Below are positions 8,560 through 16,006 of a stretch of DNA of 64,000 bases, piece by piece. The notes beneath the pieces are model-generated. The model saw only the letters and a list, made by a program, of their open reading frames with translations, did not search any database and was not told the origin of the DNA. How positions within the stretch are numbered: position 1 is the stretch's first letter; each line of letters starts with the position of its first letter. Position numbers and translations under genes: made by a program. The DNA is from a virus, in IMG/VR virus record IMGVR_UViG_3300005611_000012, positions 8,075 to 72,074 of that record; one strand, written 5' to 3'.

Positions 8560-9128
8560 TGCGATACCTACGCTTTGCCGCGTGGATCCTTGCAGCGCTG
8601 ACTATGATGACAGCTATAGGATCCAGCATCCACAATGTGTTTAATTGGGTCCTCCCAATTTTTAATGTGGACGGAAACCGGGCTACTGCCGGTGGTTATA
8701 CGATGGAGGTCATTGTGGCTGTCATCGCATTTATCATGGTGCTCTGGCGCCTTCTTTGGGCTCTTGAGGTTGTTAGATCTGTCTCAGAGGCATTGGATGT
8801 TCTGAAAACCAGAACTGCAATCCTATCCACTGGCCTAGCTGGTCTGGTAGGGATGGGGTTCATAAATCGCTTTTTCTGGTGGCAGAAACATATGTTTACA
8901 GGCGAGGCATTTAATTATGTTGATTCCTATACAGGTGCCGCCAACTCAGCGATCGTGACTATGTTTCTCTGTGTCATCGTATACGCGCTTCATGCGAACC
9001 CGAAAAAGCCGTATATCAAAGGGCATCTTACAAAATACCCTTCTGGCTTACCGACTGGATTATTGCTATGGCTCGTCGGGTGGATCAGCTTCATCTTTGG
9101 TATGGTGATCTACACACCTCAATTTTAG
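8559..9128 (+). CDS. Multi-pass membrane protein, function unknown
   Basis: 189 aa with about 5 hydrophobic segments; translationally coupled to the upstream gene. Confidence 0.7.
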   Translation: MRYLRFAAWILAALTMMTAIGSSIHNVFNWVLPIFNVDGNRATAGGYTMEVIVAVIAFIMVLWRLLWALEVVRSVSEALDVLKTRTAILSTGLAGLVGMGFINRFFWWQKHMFTGEAFNYVDSYTGAANSAIVTMFLCVIVYALHANPKKPYIKGHLTKYPSGLPTGLLLWLVGWISFIFGMVIYTPQF

Positions 9129-9140
9129 GAGTAGGATCCA

Positions 9141-9695
9141 ATGGAATTCTTCATCACACTACAAGACGGCTTTGGTGATGGCATTCTCGCTGAACCAGCT
9201 GCAATCGTTGAAGCTGCGCATAACTGGGAACCAGAACAACTCTCGGTTTACGGCAAAGCAACCTTCCGGGAAGACGGTGAAAATACGATCTTCGTTGAAG
9301 GCGCCTATCAATGGCACCCGCAAGTGAAGTTCTTCGCGAACATCCAAGATGCACCCGGTGAACAGCCAGACTACAACGAATCAATCACTTTCCAGCTTGG
9401 TGCTGAATTGGATATGGATGTTGTTACGATCACCGCAGACGCTTCGCCCGACGCCTTCGACGCCGGGGCGCGCGCTCGCTTTGGACTGAAGTCTGAATAT
9501 CAGTTTACCCCCCGGGTTTCTGTAGGCTCTCATTTCCGGTACCGTTGGTCGGCCGATCAAAAGAATTGGGAACCTCAAGCTGAAATCCAGGTGGATTATA
9601 AGCTGAACCAGAACGCGACCGTCTTTGTGAAACACACGGAACACGATTTCTTTGACGATGCGACAGTTCTCGGATACAAACTCCGAGCGTTCTAA
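9141..9695 (+). CDS. Outer-membrane-type beta-barrel-like protein, no signal peptide
   Basis: About 10-12 amphipathic strands with aromatic turn motifs (GAYQWHPQ, SEYQFTPRVSVG, VDYKLNQNATV) and C-terminal LGYKLRAF; in-frame TAG at 9132 excludes an upstream leader. Confidence 0.6.
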   Translation: MEFFITLQDGFGDGILAEPAAIVEAAHNWEPEQLSVYGKATFREDGENTIFVEGAYQWHPQVKFFANIQDAPGEQPDYNESITFQLGAELDMDVVTITADASPDAFDAGARARFGLKSEYQFTPRVSVGSHFRYRWSADQKNWEPQAEIQVDYKLNQNATVFVKHTEHDFFDDATVLGYKLRAF

Positions 9696-9715
9696 TACCG
9701 GAACGTGTCACAATA

Positions 9716-9785
9716 TGTGGCTTCAAGCAGTGAACCGAGGGATCAGCTCTCACAAAACTGGGACCCTCGGGGATCTGCTGCCACA
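9716..9785 (+). other. 70-nt intergenic rod-like stem-loop
   Basis: Nested pairs TGTGGC/GCCACA, AGCAG/CTGCT, CCGAGGG/CCCTCGG and CAG/CTG. Confidence 0.65.
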
Positions 9786-9811
9786 ACCCAAAATTACATG
9801 GATCTCCCACC

Positions 9812-10186
9812 ATGGCACAACATATCCACGCCCTTACTGCGTCAGAGGCTCAAGTCGCGATCGATCATCTCGATCTGCTGATTCAATCCCTGGTTCAGAA
9901 AAGAACACATCTCGAAGAGATCAAAGCCGAAGCTTCGAAAGAAGCTGTTGAGCGTGAAGAGCCAAAAGTATTTTTCTCATATCAAGGCCGCGGAACGAGC
10001 GAGAAACTTCTCGATCACTGCAAGCAAATGAGGACGGGGAGCATCCGCCGAATCGATAGATTTATTCAAGTGGATCCTATCTGGGCTGTTCGGGTCCGGG
10101 TTAATTCCGCTAATCCAGAAGATAACTATCGTTTTACAGATTCGGAAGATTCAGCTAAAGGCGTCCTATCGCTTCATAGTCTCTAG
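9812..10186 (+). CDS. Hypothetical protein (member of the YRF-x-x-x-EA paralog family)
   Basis: 124 aa; C-terminus DNYRFTDSEDSAKGVLSLHSL. Confidence 0.6.
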   Translation: MAQHIHALTASEAQVAIDHLDLLIQSLVQKRTHLEEIKAEASKEAVEREEPKVFFSYQGRGTSEKLLDHCKQMRTGSIRRIDRFIQVDPIWAVRVRVNSANPEDNYRFTDSEDSAKGVLSLHSL

Positions 10187-10204
10187 TAACCAAAGGAGGC
10201 GGCT

Positions 10205-10438
10205 ATGACTAAACCTGAGATCGCCTGCGAATTCAAAGTTCGTACGGTTCATGAGTATTCAGCTCACCCAACATCTTACGAGGTGTTGCTCTATCGCAAA
10301 GGCGATCGAGGTTGGACACGGCTGAGTTTTGAAGATGGTTCACGGGCGCTGTTCACATCGCCACCCAAGAACGAGACTGAGGCTCGTCGGGTGATGAAAG
10401 AATGGGAAACCCGTAATCATGTCGAGCAAGCAGCATAA
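10205..10438 (+). CDS. Hypothetical protein
   Basis: 77 aa, AGGAGG RBS. Confidence 0.65.
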   Translation: MTKPEIACEFKVRTVHEYSAHPTSYEVLLYRKGDRGWTRLSFEDGSRALFTSPPKNETEARRVMKEWETRNHVEQAA

Positions 10439-10763
10439 AGTAGAAAACCTGCACGAGCAGCCATGGTATGACTACGATGAGTGTATGCGCGCTGTTCAGC
10501 GCGTAGACAACTCGTGGAAGTTTCTTGCCGGCGCCATCTTCTCGGTTTTCATCAATTCAACAAATGTCGAGGAGTCGCCTCATCAATTCTTCGCTCTCAA
10601 GTTATGCGAGGGAGGTGAGGCGGCCGATCGATATCGTATGTGTCTCTATCCAGGACCGCTGGTAGCTCAACGAGTTTTGCGCGGGCTGGAAGAACCACCA
10701 AAGAAAAAGCCCAAGAGCCAAGATCCAAAATTGGCCAAAGGGTTTGGAGGATTTCAAATATGA
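10419..10763 (+). CDS. Hypothetical protein (divergent paralog family member)
   Basis: 114 aa; DRYRMCLYPGPLVAQRVLRGL. Confidence 0.6.
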   Translation: MSSKQHKVENLHEQPWYDYDECMRAVQRVDNSWKFLAGAIFSVFINSTNVEESPHQFFALKLCEGGEAADRYRMCLYPGPLVAQRVLRGLEEPPKKKPKSQDPKLAKGFGGFQI

Positions 10764-11161
10764 TGCCCCAAGCAAGCACTTTTACCTATGACGAAGCTGT
10801 TCGTGCATCAAACGCCGCGGAACGAGGGTACTCAACTCTCAGATCCCAATACAGCCGGCCCGGTCGAATAGAGAAGTTTCTTCGCAAAAGGCTCAATGAG
10901 AGATTCGACCAAAACCTCTCATACCGCCCCGGGGACATTCACCAGTTTACAGTGAAGGCTCGACGATACCGAGTCTTTTGTCTGGTTCTCCCATACGACG
11001 ATAACAAGATGCCAGAATTCCCAGGGATTTCTCGAGCTTCGAAACATCGGCAATTCAGATTTTTCGATAATCTCGATGAAGCCCTTCATGCACGAGCCAT
11101 GAGAGATCTCCCCCAACATGAACCCAAAGACCTGGGACATTTAAAACACAAAGCACTCTAA
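10760..11161 (+). CDS. Hypothetical protein (paralog family member)
   Basis: Start re-assigned to ATG 10760 (GGAGG RBS, ATGA overlap); QFRFFDNLDEALHARAMRDL. Confidence 0.65.
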   Translation: MMPQASTFTYDEAVRASNAAERGYSTLRSQYSRPGRIEKFLRKRLNERFDQNLSYRPGDIHQFTVKARRYRVFCLVLPYDDNKMPEFPGISRASKHRQFRFFDNLDEALHARAMRDLPQHEPKDLGHLKHKAL

Positions 11162-11176
11162 GAGAGGAACAAGGCG

Positions 11177-11599
11177 ATGACCCCAAGATATACCGCCAAC
11201 ACCAATTTCAGATCTCATAACCCAAAGAACGGCTTCACCCGTTTCTTAGCAGAACCAGGATTTAACGAAGACTGGATCCTCAAATATGCTCGCGGCCGGA
11301 TCAAAGGCCACAAATCCAGATGGAACCCGGCAGAGGGGGATCTCATCCGAATCAACTGCCGAATCACTCGGTCTATGGACGTAAAGTTTTATGGCATCGT
11401 GACTGTGGTAGGTGACCCTGGTGGACCACTCACCTGGATCGTGCGCTTCTATAACACCAAAGAAGAAGCGGTTGCTCAGCGAACTCTTCGGGACATTCAG
11501 CCAAAAGAGCCTTTCACTTATGTAATGAAACTCAACTTGGCTGATTTCCGAATCATCGCTGATCCTCGCTTAAAACCAATCTCACTCTTGAAAGGATAA
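11177..11599 (+). CDS. Hypothetical protein (paralog family member)
   Basis: 140 aa, GAGG RBS; IVRFYNTKEEAVAQRTLRDI. Confidence 0.7.
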   Translation: MTPRYTANTNFRSHNPKNGFTRFLAEPGFNEDWILKYARGRIKGHKSRWNPAEGDLIRINCRITRSMDVKFYGIVTVVGDPGGPLTWIVRFYNTKEEAVAQRTLRDIQPKEPFTYVMKLNLADFRIIADPRLKPISLLKG

Positions 11600-11603
11600 T
11601 TCA

Positions 11604-11801
11604 ATGGGACCCGATATCGTTGAGGTACTATGTTTTCTACACGGCGAAACAGACAAGGCTTTCTATGTCTCGGACACTGGAGAGCGCCAGCAAGCAGTAT
11701 GGGTACCTACGTCCCAGCTGAAAGGCTACGAATACAAAAGCGGATCGAAGATCGAGCTCTCTATGCCCGAGTGGCTCGCCTTGGAGAAAGGCTTTATCTG
11801 A
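11604..11801 (+). CDS. Small conserved phage protein (ETDKA...WxPxSQ...PEWLAxEKG type), copy 1
   Basis: 65 aa; clear paralog at 12683. Confidence 0.75.
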   Translation: MGPDIVEVLCFLHGETDKAFYVSDTGERQQAVWVPTSQLKGYEYKSGSKIELSMPEWLALEKGFI

Positions 11802-12127
11802 TGAAAAACCCCTACAGCCGCGGCGAAATGCTTTTAGTGGAATCTGGATCATTAGCTGATTATTTCAGAAATGGCGGCACACCAGAGAAGATTTTTGACG
11901 ATTACGAGAAACACGCCATTAGAAAAGTCGACCTCAACGCCATGAAGATTGGCGAGCACGCCCGCCTGAAGTTCGAATGGCCAGATAAAGACGTTTCCAA
12001 TTACCTGAACGAGATCCAGGTATGGATCTTAAAAGTCGACGACACCGGCATCTATTATGACGATTTTCGTTGGTTCTACTCATCTGAGCCAATCGAAGAA
12101 GAGAAAATCTTGAGAGGACTGAACTAA
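11801..12127 (+). CDS. Hypothetical protein (paralog family member)
   Basis: Start re-assigned to ATG 11801 (TGATG overlap); DDFRWFYSSEPIEEEKILRGL. Confidence 0.65.
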   Translation: MKNPYSRGEMLLVESGSLADYFRNGGTPEKIFDDYEKHAIRKVDLNAMKIGEHARLKFEWPDKDVSNYLNEIQVWILKVDDTGIYYDDFRWFYSSEPIEEEKILRGLN

Positions 12128-12393
12128 TGAGCGCCCGCGGAAGGATCTATACGCCGTACACGACATTCATAGAATACGGCGGTGTCCGAGATGATCTCAT
12201 TAAACATTGCAATGTGGTCTATCGCAATAAAAAATCAGGCCATGTCGATCGTATGAAATATGAGGGTCCACCTAACAAATATGACTGGCAGGGACCCTTT
12301 CGGATCTGGTTCCTCAAACTAAGCCCCGGGATCTATCGTTTCTATGACACAGAACAAGAAGCCGAAGGGTGGAAAACACTAAGAGGAATATGA
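12127..12393 (+). CDS. Hypothetical protein (paralog family member)
   Basis: 88 aa, TAATG overlap; GIYRFYDTEQEAEGWKTLRGI. Confidence 0.7.
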   Translation: MSARGRIYTPYTTFIEYGGVRDDLIKHCNVVYRNKKSGHVDRMKYEGPPNKYDWQGPFRIWFLKLSPGIYRFYDTEQEAEGWKTLRGI

Positions 12394-12686
12394 CTATGGA
12401 AAAACCCATCACACTCCGACCTGAAGTTCAGGCTTTCGCTGAATTAATGGAACTCAAACTTCGTAAGAACGACGACAAACCTGGGTGGAAAAACGACGAT
12501 CCTCGAGACCTCTTTATGAGGGTTCGTGATGAGATGGTCGAACTTGCAGATGCAATTGCCGAGTTCCCAGTAGGGGGCGCAGGTAAAATGGACGCGCTCG
12601 ACGCATCTATGAACGTCGGAAACGAAACCGCAGATCTTGCAAATTTCGCTATGATGATCGCTGATGTATGTGGCGCTCTAAAATGA
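12390..12686 (+). CDS. MazG-like all-alpha NTP pyrophosphatase-fold protein
   Basis: Start ATG 12390 (ATGA overlap); ExxEL (DEMVEL) and ExAD (ETADLANFAMMIAD) acidic motifs. Confidence 0.55.
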   Translation: MTMEKPITLRPEVQAFAELMELKLRKNDDKPGWKNDDPRDLFMRVRDEMVELADAIAEFPVGGAGKMDALDASMNVGNETADLANFAMMIADVCGALK

Positions 12687-12871
12687 TCGTTGAAGTCACA
12701 GTCGCCCTCCACAGATACACCGACAAAGCGTACTTCGTGTCTGACGACGGGAACCAAAAGAAAGCAGTATGGATCCCGATCTCCCAGATTGAAGCTGAGC
12801 GCGACTTAGGGAAGGGTATGTACGAGCTCTCGATTCCTGAGTGGCTCGCATACGATAAAGGGCTCATCTAA
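12683..12871 (+). CDS. Small conserved phage protein, copy 2 (paralog of 11604..11801)
   Basis: 62 aa; YTDKAYFVSDDG...AVWIPISQI...ELSIPEWLAYDKGLI. Confidence 0.75.
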   Translation: MIVEVTVALHRYTDKAYFVSDDGNQKKAVWIPISQIEAERDLGKGMYELSIPEWLAYDKGLI

Positions 12872-13038
12872 TGATTGAGATGCTAAAAAGAATAATCCGC
12901 CAGTACGAGAAACAGAATCCAGTGCGTACAGCAGATGTCCATCCAGACAAATGCGAGTGCCTACGGTGTGTCATCGACCTCGCCCGCGCGCATGTAGCAT
13001 ATATGGAGAAAGACCATGTCCTTCCGGAAAGCGATTGA
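12871..13038 (+). CDS. 55-aa protein with HxxxCxCxxC motif (missed by ORF track)
   Basis: MIEMLKRIIRQYEKQNPVRTADVHPDKCECLRCVIDLARAHVAYMEKDHVLPESD; TAATG overlap. Confidence 0.55.
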   Translation: MIEMLKRIIRQYEKQNPVRTADVHPDKCECLRCVIDLARAHVAYMEKDHVLPESD

Positions 13039-13204
13039 TAAGCTCTTAATCAAGCACTTCGGCGATAACTGGGAATGCCGCCTGAAAGGCTGCAACGTCC
13101 GGAACCAGTCACACTATACAGGCATCCACTCTGTCCTGCGTATGGGCTGCCATAAAGTCGACTGTAAGCGATGTGGACAGGTCCATGAGTTTGACCCTTC
13201 ATAA
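13016..13204 (+). CDS. Small Cys/His-rich protein
   Basis: 62 aa; CRLKGC...CHKVDCKRCG; GGAG RBS. Confidence 0.55.
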   Translation: MSFRKAIDKLLIKHFGDNWECRLKGCNVRNQSHYTGIHSVLRMGCHKVDCKRCGQVHEFDPS

Positions 13205-13294
13205 ATGATTATTACGACCCATTAGGGCGATAATCACGATATTTTTTCAAAAGCAAATAGGCATAGTGAAGTAGCTATGTAGGAGATCTATGAG

Positions 13295-13579
13295 ATGGGG
13301 TACAGGATATATTTAGACGAAAATGTCACTAACTACGCGCATAGCTTAAGTGATTATTACCGCACTGGTAGGGATGATCTAGAACTGGATCTCGATTGCC
13401 AGAGAACATTCCAATCGTCAGAAATAGGGGCTATTGAGAGACATCTGTATAGTCCTTTTAATTGTAATCTTGAGTTTGAAATATTCAGCGTGAAGTTGGC
13501 CGAAGACACTTACCGGCACTACGAAACCCATAAAGAGGCCCTTGAAGGCGCTAATCTCATAATTTTTTTCGATTACTAA
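13295..13579 (+). CDS. Hypothetical protein (paralog family member)
   Basis: 94 aa, AGGAG RBS; DTYRHYETHKEALEGANL. Confidence 0.65.
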   Translation: MGYRIYLDENVTNYAHSLSDYYRTGRDDLELDLDCQRTFQSSEIGAIERHLYSPFNCNLEFEIFSVKLAEDTYRHYETHKEALEGANLIIFFDY

Positions 13580-13665
13580 TATGCTCATACAGGTGCCGAG
13601 GTAGTACCTTACACTTCGAGGAGGGGCTTCTTCGAAGCACCCCCCCGGTACACTTATATACACTT

Positions 13666-13686
13666 GGGGGCAGAGCCCCCTTGATG
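13666..13686 (+). promoter_or_regulatory. Hairpin element P1 (putative virion-RNAP early promoter; predicted +1 at G13686)
   Basis: GGGGGC-AGA-GCCCCC-TTGAT-G; one of four matching intergenic elements. Confidence 0.65.
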
Positions 13687-13784
13687 AGGTGCATAGAGTC
13701 ACTTGAAGGCGTAAGCCGAGTCCCTGCCAATTGGGAGTGCATCTCACTTAACCAACCTACTACAATCCATGAAAGGATTATCCC

Positions 13785-13988
13785 ATGAGCAACATCATCC
13801 TAGCAGCCGGTCTCACCGCAGGCGGAATCGCACTTGGAATGCGTGAGGACGTTCGCAAGTCAGTCAAGAAAGCAGCCGGAGTAACATCCGATGCAGTCAA
13901 GGCAGGCAAGCAGCGCTTCACCCAGACCGAGGCTTCTCTCGTTGAAACTGAGACCGTGACAACGCTCCCTCGCCAGGCTAACGCCTAG
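13785..13988 (+). CDS. Small early protein
   Basis: 67 aa, AAAGGA RBS, first gene downstream of P1. Confidence 0.7.
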   Translation: MSNIILAAGLTAGGIALGMREDVRKSVKKAAGVTSDAVKAGKQRFTQTEASLVETETVTTLPRQANA

Positions 13989-14000
13989 GCCGCTCGTGGA

Positions 14001-14022
14001 CCCGTCCCCTTCGGGGGGCGGG
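14001..14022 (+). other. GC-rich hairpin (TTC/TTCG loop) after stop codon; terminator-like without U-tract
   Basis: CCCGTCCCC-TTCG-GGGGGCGGG. Confidence 0.6.
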
Positions 14023-14344
14023 ATTCCCACTCTCGAAGATTGTTTGCTTAATCTTTATGCTCAATCTTTATGGGAGACCAAGATAGTATGGTTGGGTTCA
14101 TGCGTACACGAAGATGGTCTGGTTAAGGGGTACTGCTTAGCTCTGCTTCCTAGCCCATCTATACGCAAATCCCATAACCTACCTACTATCCATACGATAA
14201 TCGAACATATACCTAAAACGTATAGTTCCTATCGTTCTACCCATTTATCTCATTCATTTGTGTATATCCCTCTAGGATTGATTCTAAGCCTCACTGAGAG
14301 ACGTTCAACTCCAAGAGCGTAATTCCTACAGGTATACACCTTAC

Positions 14345-14365
14345 GGCCGCAGAGCGGCCTTGCTG
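14345..14365 (+). promoter_or_regulatory. Hairpin element P2 (predicted +1 at G14365)
   Basis: GGCCGC-AGA-GCGGCC-TTGCT-G. Confidence 0.65.
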
Positions 14366-14403
14366 AGCGATACTGCTCGTCTTTTAACCGAAAGGACTAT
14401 CCC

Positions 14404-14742
14404 ATGTCTAAATACTCTCAACTCGACTATGATCTGTGTAACCCGATCATTATCCCTCCAACTCAATTCCATGCTCGCCCTGCTCGGCTCATCAAGACCA
14501 CATATTCTTGTAATGGCGCCACTGCTCTCGTTGGTATGGACCTTGCCAAAGATATCCAACTTTGGATCGCTACTGCCAACTTCATCGATTTCCCTCCAAA
14601 CGATGGCTGTGTCTGGATAGACAACGAAGGCAAGAACGAAGGCTTGCTCGATCACCTGGTCCGAGCTCAAGTCATTGAATTCAACAACCGCTTTATCGGA
14701 ACCAACAAAGGCTATGCCTTTGAGTGTAAAGTGATGATCTAA
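14404..14742 (+). CDS. Early hypothetical protein (weak DUF4313-like appearance)
   Basis: 112 aa, AAAGGA RBS; IATANF...VWIDNEGKNEGLLDHLV. Confidence 0.6.
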   Translation: MSKYSQLDYDLCNPIIIPPTQFHARPARLIKTTYSCNGATALVGMDLAKDIQLWIATANFIDFPPNDGCVWIDNEGKNEGLLDHLVRAQVIEFNNRFIGTNKGYAFECKVMI

Positions 14743-14871
14743 GTCAACTGCGCGCTCACTCGAGCTGCGCATCATGGGGGAGGTCAGAGCTGGTGGGAGT
14801 GGTTACCCATCATTAAGGCTCTGGCCTCTTTATGCCCATTATCAACTAATCTCAATTAAAGGACCATTAAT

Positions 14872-15111
14872 ATGCATTACTCTGAAACTGAAAGCATGGT
14901 ACGCCTGAGCCGTTTTAAGAAATCAGGTAAGTGGTATGATGACCATGCCATCAATATGGCTGGTTATTATAATACCAGCTCAGTTCACGAAGCAGTCAAG
15001 TTAGCTGCCAAAGCTGCCAACATCTCACATGATGGCTACTTCTTCGTCGTCCTCGAACCCTATCACGAGTATGCACATCCAGTGACATGCTATCTCAATT
15101 ACAACAGTTAA
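14872..15111 (+). CDS. Early hypothetical protein
   Basis: 79 aa, AAAGGA RBS. Confidence 0.7.
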   Translation: MHYSETESMVRLSRFKKSGKWYDDHAINMAGYYNTSSVHEAVKLAAKAANISHDGYFFVVLEPYHEYAHPVTCYLNYNS

Positions 15112-15123
15112 AGGACCATTATT

Positions 15124-15483
15124 ATGGAAACCATTATCACAGCTGCTGGTCTGGCAGCATTCACCGTAGCAGGCTTCATGTTCCTGCTATCCAAAGTCAT
15201 TGGCTGGAGAGGCATCTCCAAACACAAAGCCAAAGTCGACATTGGCTGCTCATTCGCAGCGTTCTTCCTATTCGCAGGTACATCCACTCTGGGGATCTTC
15301 GTCGCTGTCATGTCAGGCTTCATCGCCTCAGTGGCTACGTCGCTTATCGGCAAAGTCGTTAATCCTGCTCAAAAGCCGCTCACTCCTCAAGAGAGAGCAG
15401 CTCAAACCCGTTCCAACCTTGACCGCATCAGAACTGCGCCTCAAAGATGGAAAGCCAAGGCTGATTCGTCAGTCTGGCATTAG
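15124..15483 (+). CDS. Early membrane protein
   Basis: 119 aa, 2-3 hydrophobic segments, AAAGGA RBS, followed by a terminator. Confidence 0.7.
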   Translation: METIITAAGLAAFTVAGFMFLLSKVIGWRGISKHKAKVDIGCSFAAFFLFAGTSTLGIFVAVMSGFIASVATSLIGKVVNPAQKPLTPQERAAQTRSNLDRIRTAPQRWKAKADSSVWH

Positions 15484-15519
15484 TCCGATCACCCTCGATC
15501 GGGCATCCTCCCTTACCTT

Positions 15520-15555
15520 AAGCCCTGGTGACTTCGGTCACTGGGGCTTCTTTTT
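15520..15555 (+). terminator. Rho-independent terminator
   Basis: AAGCCCTGGTGAC-TTCG-GTCACTGGGGCTT followed by CTTTTT. Confidence 0.85.
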
Positions 15556-15568
15556 GTCTAGTACACTC

Positions 15569-15589
15569 GCGGGCAAAGCCCGCTTCCCG
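15569..15589 (+). promoter_or_regulatory. Hairpin element P3 (predicted +1 at G15589)
   Basis: GCGGGC-AAA-GCCCGC-TTCCC-G, immediately after a terminator. Confidence 0.65.
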
Positions 15590-15637
15590 GCGTTTCCATA
15601 GTGGAAGCGTCTTAACCAACAATCCAGGAGATTAATT

Positions 15638-15973
15638 ATGACCCTTGCAAATGTCGCTATCCGTTCAGGTGTGGGCTTTGTCGTCGGTTCAGCTATCGGT
15701 CGGGTCTTCCGTCCTGTCACTACCACTGTGAAAACAGCTGGAACCATGATCACCAATGCTAACAAGTCGATAGTCCGCAGCGCCGAAACAAAAGCTTTGG
15801 TCTCTGAGACCAAAGATGTCGTCCGCCGGATGAACCTCCAGACAGAGCAGCGCCAAGCGCTGATCGACTTTGGTAACAACTCGATTGAGTTGAACTCCAA
15901 GTTCAACGAATTCGACAATGATACCCAAGCTACCTTGAATGCATGGGAGCAAAAGCTCCCTGATGTCATTTGA
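15638..15973 (+). CDS. Early hypothetical protein
   Basis: 111 aa, AGGAG RBS. Confidence 0.7.
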   Translation: MTLANVAIRSGVGFVVGSAIGRVFRPVTTTVKTAGTMITNANKSIVRSAETKALVSETKDVVRRMNLQTEQRQALIDFGNNSIELNSKFNEFDNDTQATLNAWEQKLPDVI

Positions 15974-15984
15974 GTTTTTTGGTG

Positions 15985-16006
15985 AGCCGGCAGTGCCGGC
16001 TTGCTG
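15985..16006 (+). promoter_or_regulatory. Hairpin element P4 (predicted +1 at G16006)
   Basis: AGCCGGC-AGT-GCCGGC-TTGCT-G. Confidence 0.65.

Noticed and set aside
13996-14322. 108-aa ORF in the early region
   Set aside because: Starts with GTG inside a hairpin, has no RBS and an odd composition; treated as non-coding.
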